A stretch of DNA of 64,000 nt, from positions 999,681-1,063,680 of the forward strand of contig NW_027104472.1 in the NCBI RefSeq assembly GCF_902728285.1, read 5' to 3'. Below, piece after piece: positions 39,005 through 50,911 of the stretch. The translations under genes were made by a program, and so were the position numbers. Source of the DNA: Clytia hemisphaerica. Its lineage: Eukaryota. The notes under the pieces are model-generated. The model did not search any database, was not told the origin of the DNA, and was given only the letters and a program-made list of their open reading frames with translations. Each line of letters starts with the position of its first letter. Positions within the stretch are counted from its first letter, which is position 1.

Positions 39005-39166
39005 AGTTTGAACATGGGCTTATTGCTTGGTGTAATGTGTAATTTCCATTGTGAAGAAAGTCTCTTCATTTTGAATGATCGAAACAAAGGATTCACCATT
39101 TTGAATAATGTCAACAGAAACAACAATATCATGGATAGTGTCCATGAAGCCATGGAAGAAGCTCAG
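39005..39166 (+). CDS. TEP1: TEP1-like exon 12
   Basis: SLNMGLLLGVMCNFHCEESLFILNDRNKGFTILNNVNRNNNIMDSVHEAMEEAQ. t10-catag acceptor, GTTTGT donor. Confidence 0.7.
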
Positions 39167-39761
39167 GTTTGTTCTATGGAAAGTTTTCGTTGAAATGTCT
39201 CCATGAATTAGTCTGACTAGCGAGAAGATACAAAATATGTTTTGATGCTGAAATTTTATGAATCTTTTTCTAAAATCTATTCTGAAAATTTGAACAAGAA
39301 TATCAATACCATAGACAGTTTAATTATTAATCCATGGAAGAAGTTCAGGTTTGTTACGAGGTTACGAAATATTTTTGTTGGAAAGTCTCTTAAATTTGTC
39401 TGGATCATCAAGACAGTTCAAAAAATGTTCATGAATCTTACCTTGAGATTGATACAATTTTTGAAAATGTGTTCAAGAAAACCAATATGAAGGACAGTTT
39501 TCTTGAGGGTATAATAAAAGATACTTATAATTTTATAAGAACATAAATCCGAAACTTTAAATTAGAAGTACATGATCAAAATTCATGATTGATATCTGTG
39601 GTCACATGTCCAAACCTTTCCGTTAGTGTAGTAGTTGGTGGATTTCAACACACTAACAATGTGGAGATGGATTTCTCCCAATTCACTGTCTCTGTCCAGT
39701 TAGTAGACAACAATTCACTTCCAGCTCTAACTAGTGGTAATTGAGTCCTCGGGTTCCACAT

Positions 39762-39836
39762 GGACCCGTAGCTTAATGGTAGAGCAAATGCCCGCGAGTG
39801 GCATGGTTGTGAGTTCGAGTCTCGCCGGATCCGATG
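39762..39836 (+). tRNA. tRNA-like sequence (possible tRNA gene or pseudogene; isotype uncertain)
   Basis: Canonical D arm TAGCTTAATGGTAGAGC. T arm GTGAG-TTCGAGT-CTCGC. Acceptor GGACCCG/CGGATCC has one mismatch. Anticodon stem ATGCC/GGCAT with loop CGCGAGT, but a 2-nt linker after the D stem, so the cloverleaf is imperfect. Confidence 0.4.
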
Positions 39837-40092
39837 ATTTTCCAACGGTTCTGGTGTCTGGTCAGAAGACAACATGAGAGCGACTGTATTCACTTCATTA
39901 GAAGTACAGGGTGATAGTGTCATATTTTAAGAAATATCTGAGCTATAAACCTCAAATCTCACATACAGGCTTGAAATAAGTGTTGAAGATTTCATGGCGA
40001 TAAGATAAACATATAAAAAGTTACGTCAAAAATTCTAAGGGTGCGGTTTTTTTTAATCAGCCTGTACATGAATTTTGTTTTTTTGAATTCAG

Positions 40093-40197
40093 CATATTTG
40101 GAGACGTGAACCAATCGTGCGTGAACGTAAAGAAGTCAATCAACTTGATGAAGAATTGTGTGATTATTTGGGACAATTTGTTGGTCAACGTCGTGTG
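40093..40197 (+). CDS. TEP1: TEP1-like exon 13
   Basis: HIWRREPIVRERKEVNQLDEELCDYLGQFVGQRRV. tttgaattcag acceptor, GTATGT donor. Phase 0-0. Confidence 0.6.
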
Positions 40198-41809
40198 GTA
40201 TGTGTTGCTAAATGTTCTTTTGGTTTATGAGCGATTTTTGCGAATTTTAGCCCTTTTCGTGAAAGTAAATGTCTTCGAAAATTCTAGGAAGGGCCACTCG
40301 CAAAAGTTTATGCTCGCGAAAAATTTGTGACAAAATAGAAAATCTGTAAAACTTCAAACTTTGAATAAAATGTAACTTTTATAGCAATTTTTAGCCTACT
40401 AAAAGACTAATAAGTCAAAGGACAAATGTTTCAAGCCAATACAAGAAGTATTTGCCCCTCTAAGCCATTTTTTTCATGGGAAAGTTTTCAATTTTACGTT
40501 TTGATTGGCGAAAGTTTATGCTCGTGAAAAATATAATTTCGTTAAATTCGCGAAAGTAAATGTCGTGAATTTCGCGATTTTTCGTCCTCGCGAAAGTTTC
40601 TGCTCGCGAAAGTTTGTTATGCCTAATGTAGTTTTAATCGGAACACAACACTTTACCAAAACCTAAAAACAAAATGAAAGATTTGAACCTTAGATTTCTA
40701 AAATTGCTTGTCCAGTGGAGTTTCCCTAAATCGAGTATTTCCTTAACTCGAACAAGTTTTATGGTCTCTTCAGTTAACAATGCCTTATTTACCTACTCCA
40801 TAACTCGAAATTTCCTTAACTCGAACAAAATGTCCCATTCACGTGATCGACACATTGCAATAGAAAATGTTGAATTTAAGCTTAAGTATTTTAATTTTCA
40901 GCTCTTAAAGGTTTTGTTTTTACACAAGTGTTCTCGTTTCATATCAGACATATATTTCATATCAGGACAGTGTCTGCCTATTGTGCTGACACAAACAGAA
41001 ATGTTTTTCTTTCAATCTTTCTGGCAAATCTTGCTCCACATCCGTGTCAATTTAATGTGAAAAAACTTATAAATTAAAATTGACGAGTAAGCAAACGATA
41101 TCACTCGATTATTTAAAAAACAAAACCTTTAAATAAAATAACAAGTGCTTTAAAAGGACATCTTTAGAACAGATGGCAGTTTTAGGGCAGTTGAAAGTCA
41201 GCAAAAATTTAATGGTTTTAAAAATATTCCTTCTTTCTATTCCCGACACACGTTTTTTTATAAGAAGATCCAAAATCTTTTAAGCCTTCAGAAGTGCTTA
41301 ACTTTTTGAGTTTTAAGCCTAATAAATTGGGACTCAATAATAGAGTATGCAAAGCCTTCAAATGTTCTTAACTTGTTCTTAAGATTTTGGCAATCGAAGC
41401 CTTATGTTCTTATATAGTTTGTTCTTAAAGTTAATTTCAAGGATAATTTTTTTCTCCTGAGTGAATATAGTTTGACATGAATTTCTTCGCATATATTTTC
41501 TATGTGAGTCAGATCTGACTATTGTATACGTAAGTGCATGGAACTTTAAGTTATAATATGCTTTTTATCATTTTGATATTTTTAGAAAATGCACATATTG
41601 TGTTTGTTATGAAGTTATATTTCAAAACGTTATACAGTATATAGAGTTGCATCTGATGATTGCTTAGAGCATGAAACTCGGAGTTATGAATTTTTAGATT
41701 TTTGGTATATTTTGATTGAAAAAGTTATATTTCAAAATATACATCTGATGATTGCTTAAATGTAGCACTAAACTTTTAGTTATGTATTTTACATTGATTT
41801 CAATTATAG

Positions 41810-41949
41810 ATTAACAATTTCTACATGGTGGGAACTGGATCAGGGTGGACGAAAGGTGACTACCTGAAGAAATTTGTTGATATTTACCGGAAGGAAGTCA
41901 ATCCAACTACTCTCGTCATTCGACAGTGCATTCAAAGTGATTCATACAT
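41810..41949 (+). CDS. TEP1: TEP1-like exon 14
   Basis: INNFYMVGTGSGWTKGDYLKKFVDIYRKEVNPTTLVIRQCIQSDSY. aattatag acceptor, AT|GTAAGT donor. Too short for the ORF track; supported by phase continuity between exons 13 and 15. Confidence 0.5.
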
Positions 41950-42350
41950 GTAAGTGACGTGTATTTGTATTCTATATTCTTTTCAAGGTTTTATTTTTAC
42001 ATAAGTGTTCCCGTTTCATATCAGATACATGTTTCATATCAGGACAGTGTCTGCCTATTGTTATATTGTGCTGATATAAGCAAAAATTGTTTTCTTTTCC
42101 TTTTTTGACCAATATTGCCTCACATTCGTGTCAATTCAATGTGAAAAAGCTTGTAAATTAAAGTTGATGAGTTAGCAAACGATGTCACTCTTATTTAAAA
42201 ACAAAAGCTTTAAGTCCCTATAATCCCGATAAATTTAAGCTGCAAATTTTCTTAATTTCTCCGTTTCCTATTAGTGGGACCGAATCATTGATTATAGCCT
42301 AAATGCGTTGGTGTCTGAATGTTAATTTAAACTTTTATTCATTTCACCAG

Positions 42351-42413
42351 GAAAAATTGTTTGGATTCAGATTATGACGTTTTTGTCGTTGGATATTCTG
42401 ATCAGGTTCTCAA
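42351..42413 (+). CDS. TEP1: TEP1-like exon 15
   Basis: (M)KNCLDSDYDVFVVGYSDQVL. tcatttcaccag acceptor, AA|GTAAGC donor. Confidence 0.6.
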
Positions 42414-42660
42414 GTAAGCGATTTTAAATTGACGCAATCGTTCCATTAATAAAGTCCAATCAAATTGAAAAAAATCTGGGTAAAAATAGATTTTGGTCTA
42501 ATTGTAATTTTGTTTGGGTGCTCGTCTCTAAAGGTATGTGAACCGGGTGAGCTTTAAAATTGGAGTCTAAAAAAATGATGTTTAACCTTAAGCTCCCAGA
42601 AAATTATTCAACTCTGGGTATTGCCTTAAATGGAAGTTACGAAGATATTCTTGCTTTTAG

Positions 42661-42742
42661 ATACTTGGGTGAGCGTGGGACAGGCAGACAATTGACAGCC
42701 GTGGAAAATATCGATATGACTTTCAATCTCGACGATATTAAG
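42661..42742 (+). CDS. TEP1: TEP1-like exon 16
   Basis: (K)YLGERGTGRQLTAVENIDMTFNLDDIK. Strong acceptor ttcttgcttttag, AAG|GTAAAC donor. This is the only phase-compatible acceptor after the in-frame TGA at 42548. Confidence 0.6.
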
Positions 42743-43416
42743 GTAAACATTCATTCAAACTCTCAACTGATCAGTTTTTCCTAACTTATTTTTCTAAACA
42801 AGTCCTCGAAATGCTCTACCCTATGGGCACGCAACGTCTTATGGTCATTCAATGGACGGCTTTATTTAAGACCTTTGGACGTCCTAGAAACGTACATTAG
42901 ACGTCCAAAAGACGTTTGTGCCCATTGGGAATAGCTTTTTCACCTTATCGGAGAGGACCACTAACGTAGAATTGTGGCAAACTCGGGGTTAAGATATAAC
43001 TTCTAGAAAAAAAACTAACGAGGCTTTTCTTTAGACTTTTTCCCAATAGAAGTATTATATCTAGCCTAGGTTGACAGTTTTTTACTATACGCGGTAACGT
43101 CTCTTTCACTTTGCGACTTTTTCAAGTGTTTTTAAAGCCCATGTTTTCGAACTTTAAGCATTCGGTATTTTGACGTCATTTTAATCTTTCAACCTCTTGC
43201 GTTAACGAAAAAATCGAATTTGCGTCAAAACACTTTTATCCTTTTTCCCCAAAATTCTCAAAGTGAAAGAACTCCCTACAAAATGGACTAAAAGATCCCA
43301 GCTTTTTTTGAATTACTCGCTGAAGGCATCATAGCTTTATTCTAAAAAAATATTACTCAACATTAGTGAATAACCCGTATGTTTTCAATGACCAGATTCA
43401 TCATTTTTTTGATCAG

Positions 43417-43658
43417 GTTCGCCGCAAGAAGCGACTTGCAGATGATTCATCCAAAGTCAAGATTGAGCGTCCTATTCTAGCTTGGAAGACCATACGTGTT
43501 TTCATTTCGTCCACTTTTCGTGACATGCATGGAGAAAGAGATCTGTTGACCAAATACGTTTTCCCAGAGTTAAGATGCTGGTGTTACAACTATTGTTTGA
43601 ATTTGTATGAGGTTGATTTGAGATGGGGAATCACTGAACGACAATCACAATCAGACAA
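43417..43658 (+). CDS. TEP1: TEP1-like exon 17 (DUF4062)
   Basis: VRRKKRLADDSSKVKIERPILAWKTIRVFISSTFRDMHGERDLLTKYVFPELRCWCYNYCLNLYEVDLRWGITERQSQSD. Acceptor is tttttttgatcag at 43417, or possibly gaccag at 43396. AA|GTAAGT donor. Confidence 0.75.
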
Positions 43659-43789
43659 GTAAGTTCTTTCTAAGAAACTTTGCAGTTGAATCTCTCTAAT
43701 TCGATATTCTACTATTCGATACGCTCCATTATTCGATAATATTGAAAGAAACAAAACTCTTCGTAAAAGACACCATACTACCTTTATCG

Positions 43790-44110
43790 GCCAAAACTTA
43801 GTTGGCCTTAATTTTAGTTGGCCTTAATTATTAGTCGGCCCTAATTTTAGTCGGCCCTAATTTTAGTCACCTCGTCAAAATTTAGTCACTAAGGGTCGAC
43901 TAATAATTGAGACAGAATAAAAATTTGGGCCATTTCTAAATTTACAAGCAGATGGAAAATAGGAGAAAGCTTAAAATACTGGAAAATAAGGAAAGCTTAA
44001 TTATAAACTTTTCTTTTGGCCCAAACTTTTAGTCGGCCCCAATTTTAGTCGGCCCAAATTTTTAGTCACCAAGCCAAAATTTAGTCACTTAGGGCCGACT
44101 AAGTTTTGGC
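43790..44110. repeat. Minisatellite-like (ttttagtcggccc) repeats in two inverted blocks
   Basis: cttagttggccttaattttagttggccttaattattagtcggccctaattttagtcggccctaattttagtcacc... and 44020-44110, with partially palindromic agggtcgactaa / ttagtcggccc. Confidence 0.7.
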
Positions 44111-44439
44111 TGATAAGGTATTTGATATGCTCCCTTATTCGATGAAAATCCAATTCACCTTGAAAGTCGAATTTTTAGAGAGCGTCAACTGTATGTTTTC
44201 CCTGAGTTGAGATTTTTTTATTGTTTGAATTTTTATTCAGCTGCCATTATGATAAAGATGTGGGTGCTTCATTTTAAAATGGGGGAAAGATAACGAAAAT
44301 CGTGATGGCATAGCATGAAAATATTTTTCCAATTTTAAGATGAAAGTATTACATAAAAAAAAAAAAAAACTTTTAACTGAAGTAAACCTCAGCTTTTTTA
44401 AAAATTCCATTTAGCAAGATTTGAAAAGTAAATTTTAGC

Positions 44440-44590
44440 TTTAATAATACAATAATGACCGGTTAGTGAGGGCTGTACTGAGAAATATTGCCCGAGGTCA
44501 AGTAACGACCGAGCTTGCGAGGTTGTTGCGTTGACCGAGGGCAATATTTTCAGTACAGCCCGAAAAAAACCGGTCATTATTGTATTTGTT
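44440..44590. repeat. Hairpin element (about 60 bp arms)
   Basis: aataatacaataatgaccggttagtgagggctgtactgagaaatattgcccgaggtc mirrored by gaccgagggcaatattttcagtacagccc...accggtcattattgtatt. Confidence 0.5.
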
Positions 44591-45568
44591 AACCGTTTCC
44601 TTCAACTTTGATTGATTTTTAGCGCTTTATCCAGGAAAAATAGCGAAATAAAGCAGAAAAAACAAGCGAAAAGAGATAGAAAATTGCTATAATTTCTGAC
44701 GTCAGAAATAAAAAATGAGAGAAATGATGTCAACGCATTGTTCATTTTCCTTTGAAAAAGTGACGTCACAATGAATTTTCCTAACGACGGGCAACTCTGG
44801 ACAATGTAGGCCCGTCGTCATGCGAAAAGAACCAATTGCATTGCGCAAAAAGCCATGTAGCCCGCTTCGAAAAAGTAACCGGTTAACAAGAAACGATAAT
44901 AACCTTTCTTCTATATTCAAATATTTCAAAAACAGAGTTTTATGGCACTTTATCGGCGATCCAAAAAATATCTGCAATCTGATTGGTTAAAAAGAGTACA
45001 ATATATCTTGTATTTTACATGTAAAAATATAAATTGACGAAAAGATGTTGTTGCATTGTAGCGGTAACAGCAATCTAACGTCACTTTGCTACAAAAGTGC
45101 CCTGCGCTTTTTTCCAACACAAAAAGTGCATTTTTTGGGTCACCGATAAACCAGTTATCAGACATTTGCTCGTACAATATGGAAATATTTTACTCGTTCC
45201 GTATTTTCCGTAAATTTTCCTCGCCTAAAGGCTCGGAAAATATTGTACGGAAAAATCTCGGAACTCGTAAAATATTTCTCATATTGTACTCGCAACTGTC
45301 TGATAACTTATTACATAAAGTATTTACAATCATGGAAAAAATATTTGAGACAAAGGGGATTTCCCTGCGAAGTTTTGAACATAAAATTCTATAATTCTAT
45401 TTAATAATACACTTGAGTCTGTCGAATCTCAGCAACTCGGATGTCTCCTTAACTCGAACAAGTTTTATGGTCCTTTAATTTGTGTTTTTTGTGTGTGTTC
45501 AAGATATAGAAACTCCACAGTTGGATGTCTTTAATCACGCCATGAGTCAGCTAGTTCGTTCGTCCTGT

Positions 45569-46290
45569 CTAAATGCGTTTTTCCAATCTCACATTCAGTT
45601 TTCCCTTTGGTTTTACGAACAGGTTGAAATACGAATCAAATTCCCCTACAGGGTGAATAAAATATTTGTTGACCAGTTTCATCGTATACACAAGGATTGA
45701 ATTCTCAGCAATACGCCGCCCGACACATGATCGAGGACCGTGCCCGAAAGGGAGAACAGCAAATTTCGGGATCACTTCTTCAGTGCTATCCTTTGTTCCG
45801 AATGGGCAACCACCTTCTGTTTTCGTTTCCCGATTTCGTAGCCAACGTTCTGGTTTCATTTTATGGGAATCTTCAAAAAACTGTGATTGGTCGTAAGGGT
45901 TTGTTAGTAGACCAATCGTTGTTCCGGACGGTACCTCAAATCCGGACGGAAGGATAACATCTTGACGTAATTTTCTCATGCTAAGAGCTACCAATGGTCT
46001 CATGCGATGAATTTCTTTCAAGCTAGCTTTCAAATAGTGCTGTTGATTCACCTCTTTATAGCTTAGTGGCTTGTCTTTCGACAACACTTCTTTTGACTCT
46101 TGATATATTTTCTCTTGCACATCAGGATTGTTTGCTAGTTCAATCATTAGCCAAAAGATTACTGTTGGGACAGTATCAGTCGATGCACGCAATGTGTCCA
46201 CAATCATGGCTAATTTTACGGCATCCGAAACTTGGTCTTCAACTCCTTCAATCAAAGCCAACTTGTATTGGCTCAAAAGCTCCTCACAAC
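45569..46290 (-). CDS. P450 exon 6 (I-helix, K-helix, heme-binding Cys, stop)
   Basis: Strong acceptor ttttttgttgcctttatatctag. (G)CEELLSQYK...LRASTDTVPTVIFWLMIELANNPDVQEK (I-helix), KEIHRMRP (ExxR), FAVLPFGHGPRSCVGRRIAE (heme loop; GRRxAE is the mitochondrial-clan signature). TAG stop at 45569. The six exons total 1560 nt = 519 aa + stop. Confidence 0.85.
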
Positions 46291-46651
46291 CTAGATATAA
46301 AGGCAACAAAAAAGTTCCAATTAAAAGATCATGCAAATCCTTTAGGGCCACATTGATAAGGTTTATATTTCACGTGGAAAGACCATTGATTTTAGGACAT
46401 GTTGAGGGTCACATAGTCCATGACCAACCTGCTTTTGTTCTTGGTAAATTATGAATTAAAAATCTTTTTCTCCAAGGTCTCCGGGAACTCTGGGATGGCG
46501 ATGCTAACGCAAATATTTCATTAGAAAATCATGGTAAAAATTGGTAAATTTTCGGCAACGAAATCGAAAATGCTCCTGTCGGTCTATGTCGACATCGGCA
46601 CGGAAAGGGTTTTAAAAGACAGAAAATGATAATAAAAGCCTAATGAAAAAC

Positions 46652-46782
46652 CTTCATAAATTAGATCACTTGCTGCAACGAATTGGTGCCATTTCATTGT
46701 GTGTTGTGTTCTATGTTGAGGTTGGATTTCGATGTCTAACCAAGTTTTAAAGAATTCCTTAGCGCCAGTATAGGCCTTGTAA
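46652..46782 (-). CDS. P450 exon 5
   Basis: (A)YKAYTGAKEFFKTWLDIEIQPQHRTQHTMKWHQFVAASDLIYE. Compare CYP11A1 KTWKDHVAAWDVIFSKAD. gcttatag acceptor, GAAG|GTTTTT donor. A weaker alternative donor lies 60 nt downstream. Confidence 0.7.
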
Positions 46783-47072
46783 CTATAAGCAAGCAAAGAA
46801 AATTTCTTTAAATATTCAAAACTTCCAAAGTAACAAACAAAAACAAACAAAAGTACATTAATTTTAATATCTATTTTTAACAGGGCGGCTCCCTACATTT
46901 AATGCATGCGAAAAAATTCTTTAAACAATCGCAAGTCTCAGCTCAGATAATAAAAATCAAATTTCAAGTATATTTCTAGAGCTTTTCTTTGCAGTAAGTA
47001 CTGTGCAAAAAACGTCCTGAAAAAAGGCCATGATCTTAATTTAAATTAAAATTCGAATATTTAAAGACTTAC

Positions 47073-47361
47073 GCAGCTGGGTTTGCAGTTTGAATATCAT
47101 CTTCCAAAAATCCAAATCGTTGATTTAAAGTTAAGATCCCTGCACATTCAAATTGCCAGCGATCAACATCTTCCATAAAATCTTCTATGGTGTTATCTGA
47201 TGACTTATCCAATTTCCTCTGTATAAAATCAAGAAGATCGTCAGTAATTTGCGAGTATTGAGGGACAAATTTTGCGATTTTTTGTGGTCTCAACATCATT
47301 TTGCCCATCAGTTCGCGCCGCTCAAAGAATTCCTCACCAACTACATCTATATATAATAGAC
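47073..47361 (-). CDS. P450 exon 4
   Basis: (S)LLYIDVVGEEFFERRELMGKMMLRPQKIAKFVPQYSQITDDLLDFIQRKLDKSSDNTIEDFMEDVDRWQFECAGILTLNQRFGFLEDDIQTANPA. The GEEW-like helix C motif is present. ccttttag acceptor, GC|GTAAGT donor. Confidence 0.8.
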
Positions 47362-48023
47362 CTAAAAGGTGAACAAATGGTAAGGTACTATTAACTAGTA
47401 AGTGTTTAAATGGGGGGGGGGCTAGAAAATTTCAAAAAGCTCCAAAAAGCTCCAAAAAGGGGTTATTTATTTTGGAAAGACTTTGGCTGTTGTTTTTATT
47501 TTATTTTATGAGGAGGCTCAACTATTAAAGGGAAGCCTGCGAAACTCCATTGGATAGGATGAGACCAATGAGGACACCATGTAACTACATGTTTTTTCTT
47601 TTATAAGCGTAACGTATACAAACATATACAAGCTCATCAGTTTTTGGTACGTAAACAACGGCTCTATTGTTAAAGGACAATAGAATGCTAAGCATAATAC
47701 GAGCCTGATATACGGGCAGACACTTGCTTATAAAAGAGACATGTACTTATTATCTCGATTCACAGGTTCAAGTTACAGACCAAGATCCCTTCCATTATGA
47801 TTTGCCTATTCATTTTGAAAATACTCAAGGATATCCAGACTATTATATTAGTGAAAGTAAAGTAAATCGCTAAAATCACGACGATGAATGAAAATTTAAC
47901 AGGCTAGTGAGTTTCAACCAATCAAATTTCGTATTTTCACTAGCCTATTACATTTTTCGTCCGTTGTCGTGATTATCCTGGTATGCTTAACCTCAGTATT
48001 AAAAATGTAATAACATGACTTAC

Positions 48024-48151
48024 TTCTATTCCTGAGCTTTGAGTAGGCTTTTAAGGCCCAGATTGGACGTTCCAAATCATCTTCTGCTCCCAGTGAACGT
48101 AAAATAACTTCCCAATCGTAAGGATTGCTTGTAAACACCATATCTCCATTC
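48024..48151 (-). CDS. P450 exon 3
   Basis: NGDMVFTSNPYDWEVILRSLGAEDDLERPIWALKAYSKLRNR. tttcattag acceptor, AA|GTAAGT donor. Confidence 0.8.
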
Positions 48152-48730
48152 CTAATGAAATTTATAAGATTGGTTTAACATAAAAATTTGCTTTTGAATT
48201 CACGAGATTGTTATTCCAGTTGTTTTTCAAATCTTGTTTTTAATTCACAAGATTGTTTTTCTTTCCATGTATAAACCTAAAATACTTATTAAGGCTATTA
48301 AGTCACGTGCTCCTGTACTCCCAAAATTCTAGATGGTGCATGTGATTTTTTTACAGACAGAAACACCTTTGGACTAAATTTGTGCTTGAAAGTTATCTGT
48401 TTAAAATATATGTCAGTAAAAGTTTGACTATATAAATCTTGTAAACTTAAGTTTGCGAGTCCCCCCCCCCATATTCAAAAAGGGTAAAAAATAATTTGTT
48501 TTGGGTAAACCCAGAAAGAGAGAGTACCATTAATACATAAAATACACGTTTTTTTCATAAGAACAAACTATACAAGTACATAATACAAGGCTTATAGATA
48601 GTACATTTCCAAAGCAAGATATAAAATATTAAGAACAAGTTATTTTAAAGCGTCATGGACTCTACAACACCCAATTTCTTAGGAAATTGCACAAAAACAC
48701 TCAGAAACATGAGGAATTGAAGAACTTACA

Positions 48731-48926
48731 TGCCGAAATGTTCTCTGTACACAAACCCATATTCCTTTCTTCGATCTTCAAAGAAGCGATGTAAAGTTGC
48801 TTGCTCATATTTTCCGGTGATGAAAGGGATTAGAGAGGTCAGTGAAGGGAAAAGTCCTTTCACTTTCGGAATTTCTTCAAAAGGTTTGACGACGACGTTG
48901 TCTTCTAGGTTTAGTTGGTGAGCACC
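48731..48926 (-). CDS. P450 exon 2
   Basis: (G)AHQLNLEDNVVVKPFEEIPKVKGLFPSLTSLIPFITGKYEQATLHRFFEDRRKEYGFVYREHFG(M). The KYG.IYRE motif is characteristic of mitochondrial CYPs. aataaag acceptor, AT|GTAAGT donor. Confidence 0.75.
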
Positions 48927-49873
48927 TTTATTGACAAATTTAAAATGTTGTACACGTTTTTTTCTTTATTAGAACCCAGTTTATAAGAACATTTAGGCTG
49001 AAATTCGTCGAAAAATTAAGAACATCGTAAGAACATGCCCAGCCTCAGTTTGGAAAAAAATGACGAGAAACTACAATTTTTTCCTCTTTTCAAGCAGTTT
49101 TAACCAAACTTAGGGATGGATTTTCTAAAATCGAGAGTCAAATATTGTCCAAACTTTACCAGCTTTAAGTGCTCTTTATTTTGCATGATGTTGTCGATTT
49201 AAAGTAGTCCGAAAAATTAAGAACGCATTAAGAACATTTTAGGCTAAAAATTGCTAAAAAAATAAGCACATCCAGGCTCAGCCAAATTTTACGTGTTCTA
49301 ATAAAAAAAAAAACGTGTAGGTTAAGGGCTTTGATAAATATTAGGTCAAGAGGGTTTACAAAATACAAAGAGTAGTAGGGTAGCATACAATAATAATACC
49401 GAGTTTATGTATCGGAGGATATCGAGGGCGACGGTAAGTGAAATCGATACAAAACAAAGTCGATAGTTGATGTACGGCTCTATATCGCCTTTGCTCACCT
49501 AAACAGACGACGGTATTTTGGTGTTTTTACCGTCGTCGAGCAAAGTGGACGGTGATTTTGGAGACATGTCAACTTTGCTTTATACCGTCCCCCTCGATTT
49601 ATCTCGAATACATAAACTCGCTAATTATTGAGATTCGGCTCTTAATATGCACTTTTGAGGACGGTAGAGTGACTGAAACGATATGGAATAGCCTGCAGTT
49701 CTGACCAGCAATATCATCGAGGACGGTAAAAGTGCTGATTAACCGTCGTCCTCAGCTGGTCAGTTTCTAGTCAAATTAGAACCTTACCGTCTCTGTGTCA
49801 GAAAAATACACACACATAAATTCGGTAATATGTAAACAAGGAAGGAAACATAGATTTATAATCATACACATAC

Positions 49874-49967
49874 CTCTCCGTAAAACTTTAACTTGACCAG
49901 TGTTGATATTCTTGAAAGTGTTCAATCTAGTTCCATAATTAACTGGAAGTTTTTTAAAACCCAACAT
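49874..49967 (-). CDS. Mitochondrial-clan cytochrome P450 exon 1 (start, presequence-like)
   Basis: ATG at 49967 in context aaaATGT. MLGFKKLPVNYGTRLNTFKNINTGQVKVLRR(G) is basic and hydroxylated, like a mitochondrial targeting peptide. Consensus donor GAG|GTATGT. Phase 1 joins exon 2. Confidence 0.6.
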
Positions 49968-50674
49968 TTTAAACGTAAAACGAATCTCAAGTTCTGAAGC
50001 TCAAACTTACAATTTTGACATGAGAAATTAATTTGTTATTGTCAGCGTATCTACCTACGGATTTACACAACAAACAAACTTATAAACAAACTTATAAACA
50101 AAATATAAACAAAAACTCCTTACGGTAAGCCGCAAATCTAAAGTCTGTTTACATTGGCTTTAATTCAGAGTCTTTTATGAAACAAATATTTATCAAAAAC
50201 AAAGAGACAGAAATGTTTTTTGTAATCTCAATCAATTATTCTGTAATGAATACTTAGTTACCCTTAATTAATCTGAAATACCGTCACTTAACAATTGATC
50301 AAATCCGATTGGGATAGTTGGGATAGTTAGTTACGCCATAAAAATCTAAGTTAAGCTTTTACGGAAATTCTGATTGACACAGACCTTTATTTCTTCACAT
50401 TTTCTTTTCGTTACTTGCCCCTTTGGCAGCTTCGACGCACGATTGGCTTTTTCTGAAAATTAAGGTTAGGAACAGCCTGGAGTTCTCCATAATTGCCAGG
50501 ACTGGCTGAAATTTGGTTCTGTGAGTGAAATACCTTGAAATTTTTTTCATTTTCCCAAAAAATTAATGCACGGGACGAGGGCCTTCGAATTATCTGAGAA
50601 ATACTGTAGTTACTCCCAGTGGAGTGCGTAGGCACGACAGTTTCTTAACCAAAAAAGTTTTTCTCCTTTTCTAG

Positions 50675-50911
50675 GCAATTGGAGCTATGTTTGAGTGAAG
50701 TCCAGAAAGCTGATCTTTTCGTCGGTATGTTGGGCGAACGATTTGGATGGGTACCTACCAAATACAAAGTGGAGGATGAAGAGAATCTAGGATGGGTCAA
50801 AGACATGCCAAAAGGATGCTCCATGACCGAGTTGGAAATGAGAGGTTTCTTGAGAGAAGATTCAAATGCATCCAAAGCATTGTTCTTGTTCAGAGATCCT
50901 GAATTTTTGAG
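50675..50911 (+). CDS. TEP1: TEP1-like exon 18 (DUF4062 continued)
   Basis: (K)QLELCLSEVQKADLFVGMLGERFGWVPTKYKVEDEENLGWVKDMPKGCSMTELEMRGFLREDSNASKALFLFRDPEFL. ttctccttttctag acceptor, AG|GTATAC donor. Follows a 7 kb intron. Confidence 0.75.

Noticed and set aside
40674-41060. ORF 40674..41060 (128 aa) and 5345..5599
   Set aside because: Both lie within copies of the 230 bp dispersed repeat family, with no coding-like composition.
43396-43416. Alternative acceptor for TEP1-like exon 17 at 43396 (adds IHHFFDQ)
   Set aside because: Both are phase 0 after AG. I chose 43417 because of the stronger pyrimidine tract. This is unresolved without transcripts.
46652-46782. Alternative P450 exon 5/6 junction (weak donor CC|GTGCCG at about 46592 with acceptor at 46294)
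   Set aside because: It is phase-compatible, but the donor is poor. The GAAG|GTTTTT donor paired with the strong tttttgttgcctttatatctag acceptor at 46290 gives a more typical protein length. Left as an alternative.
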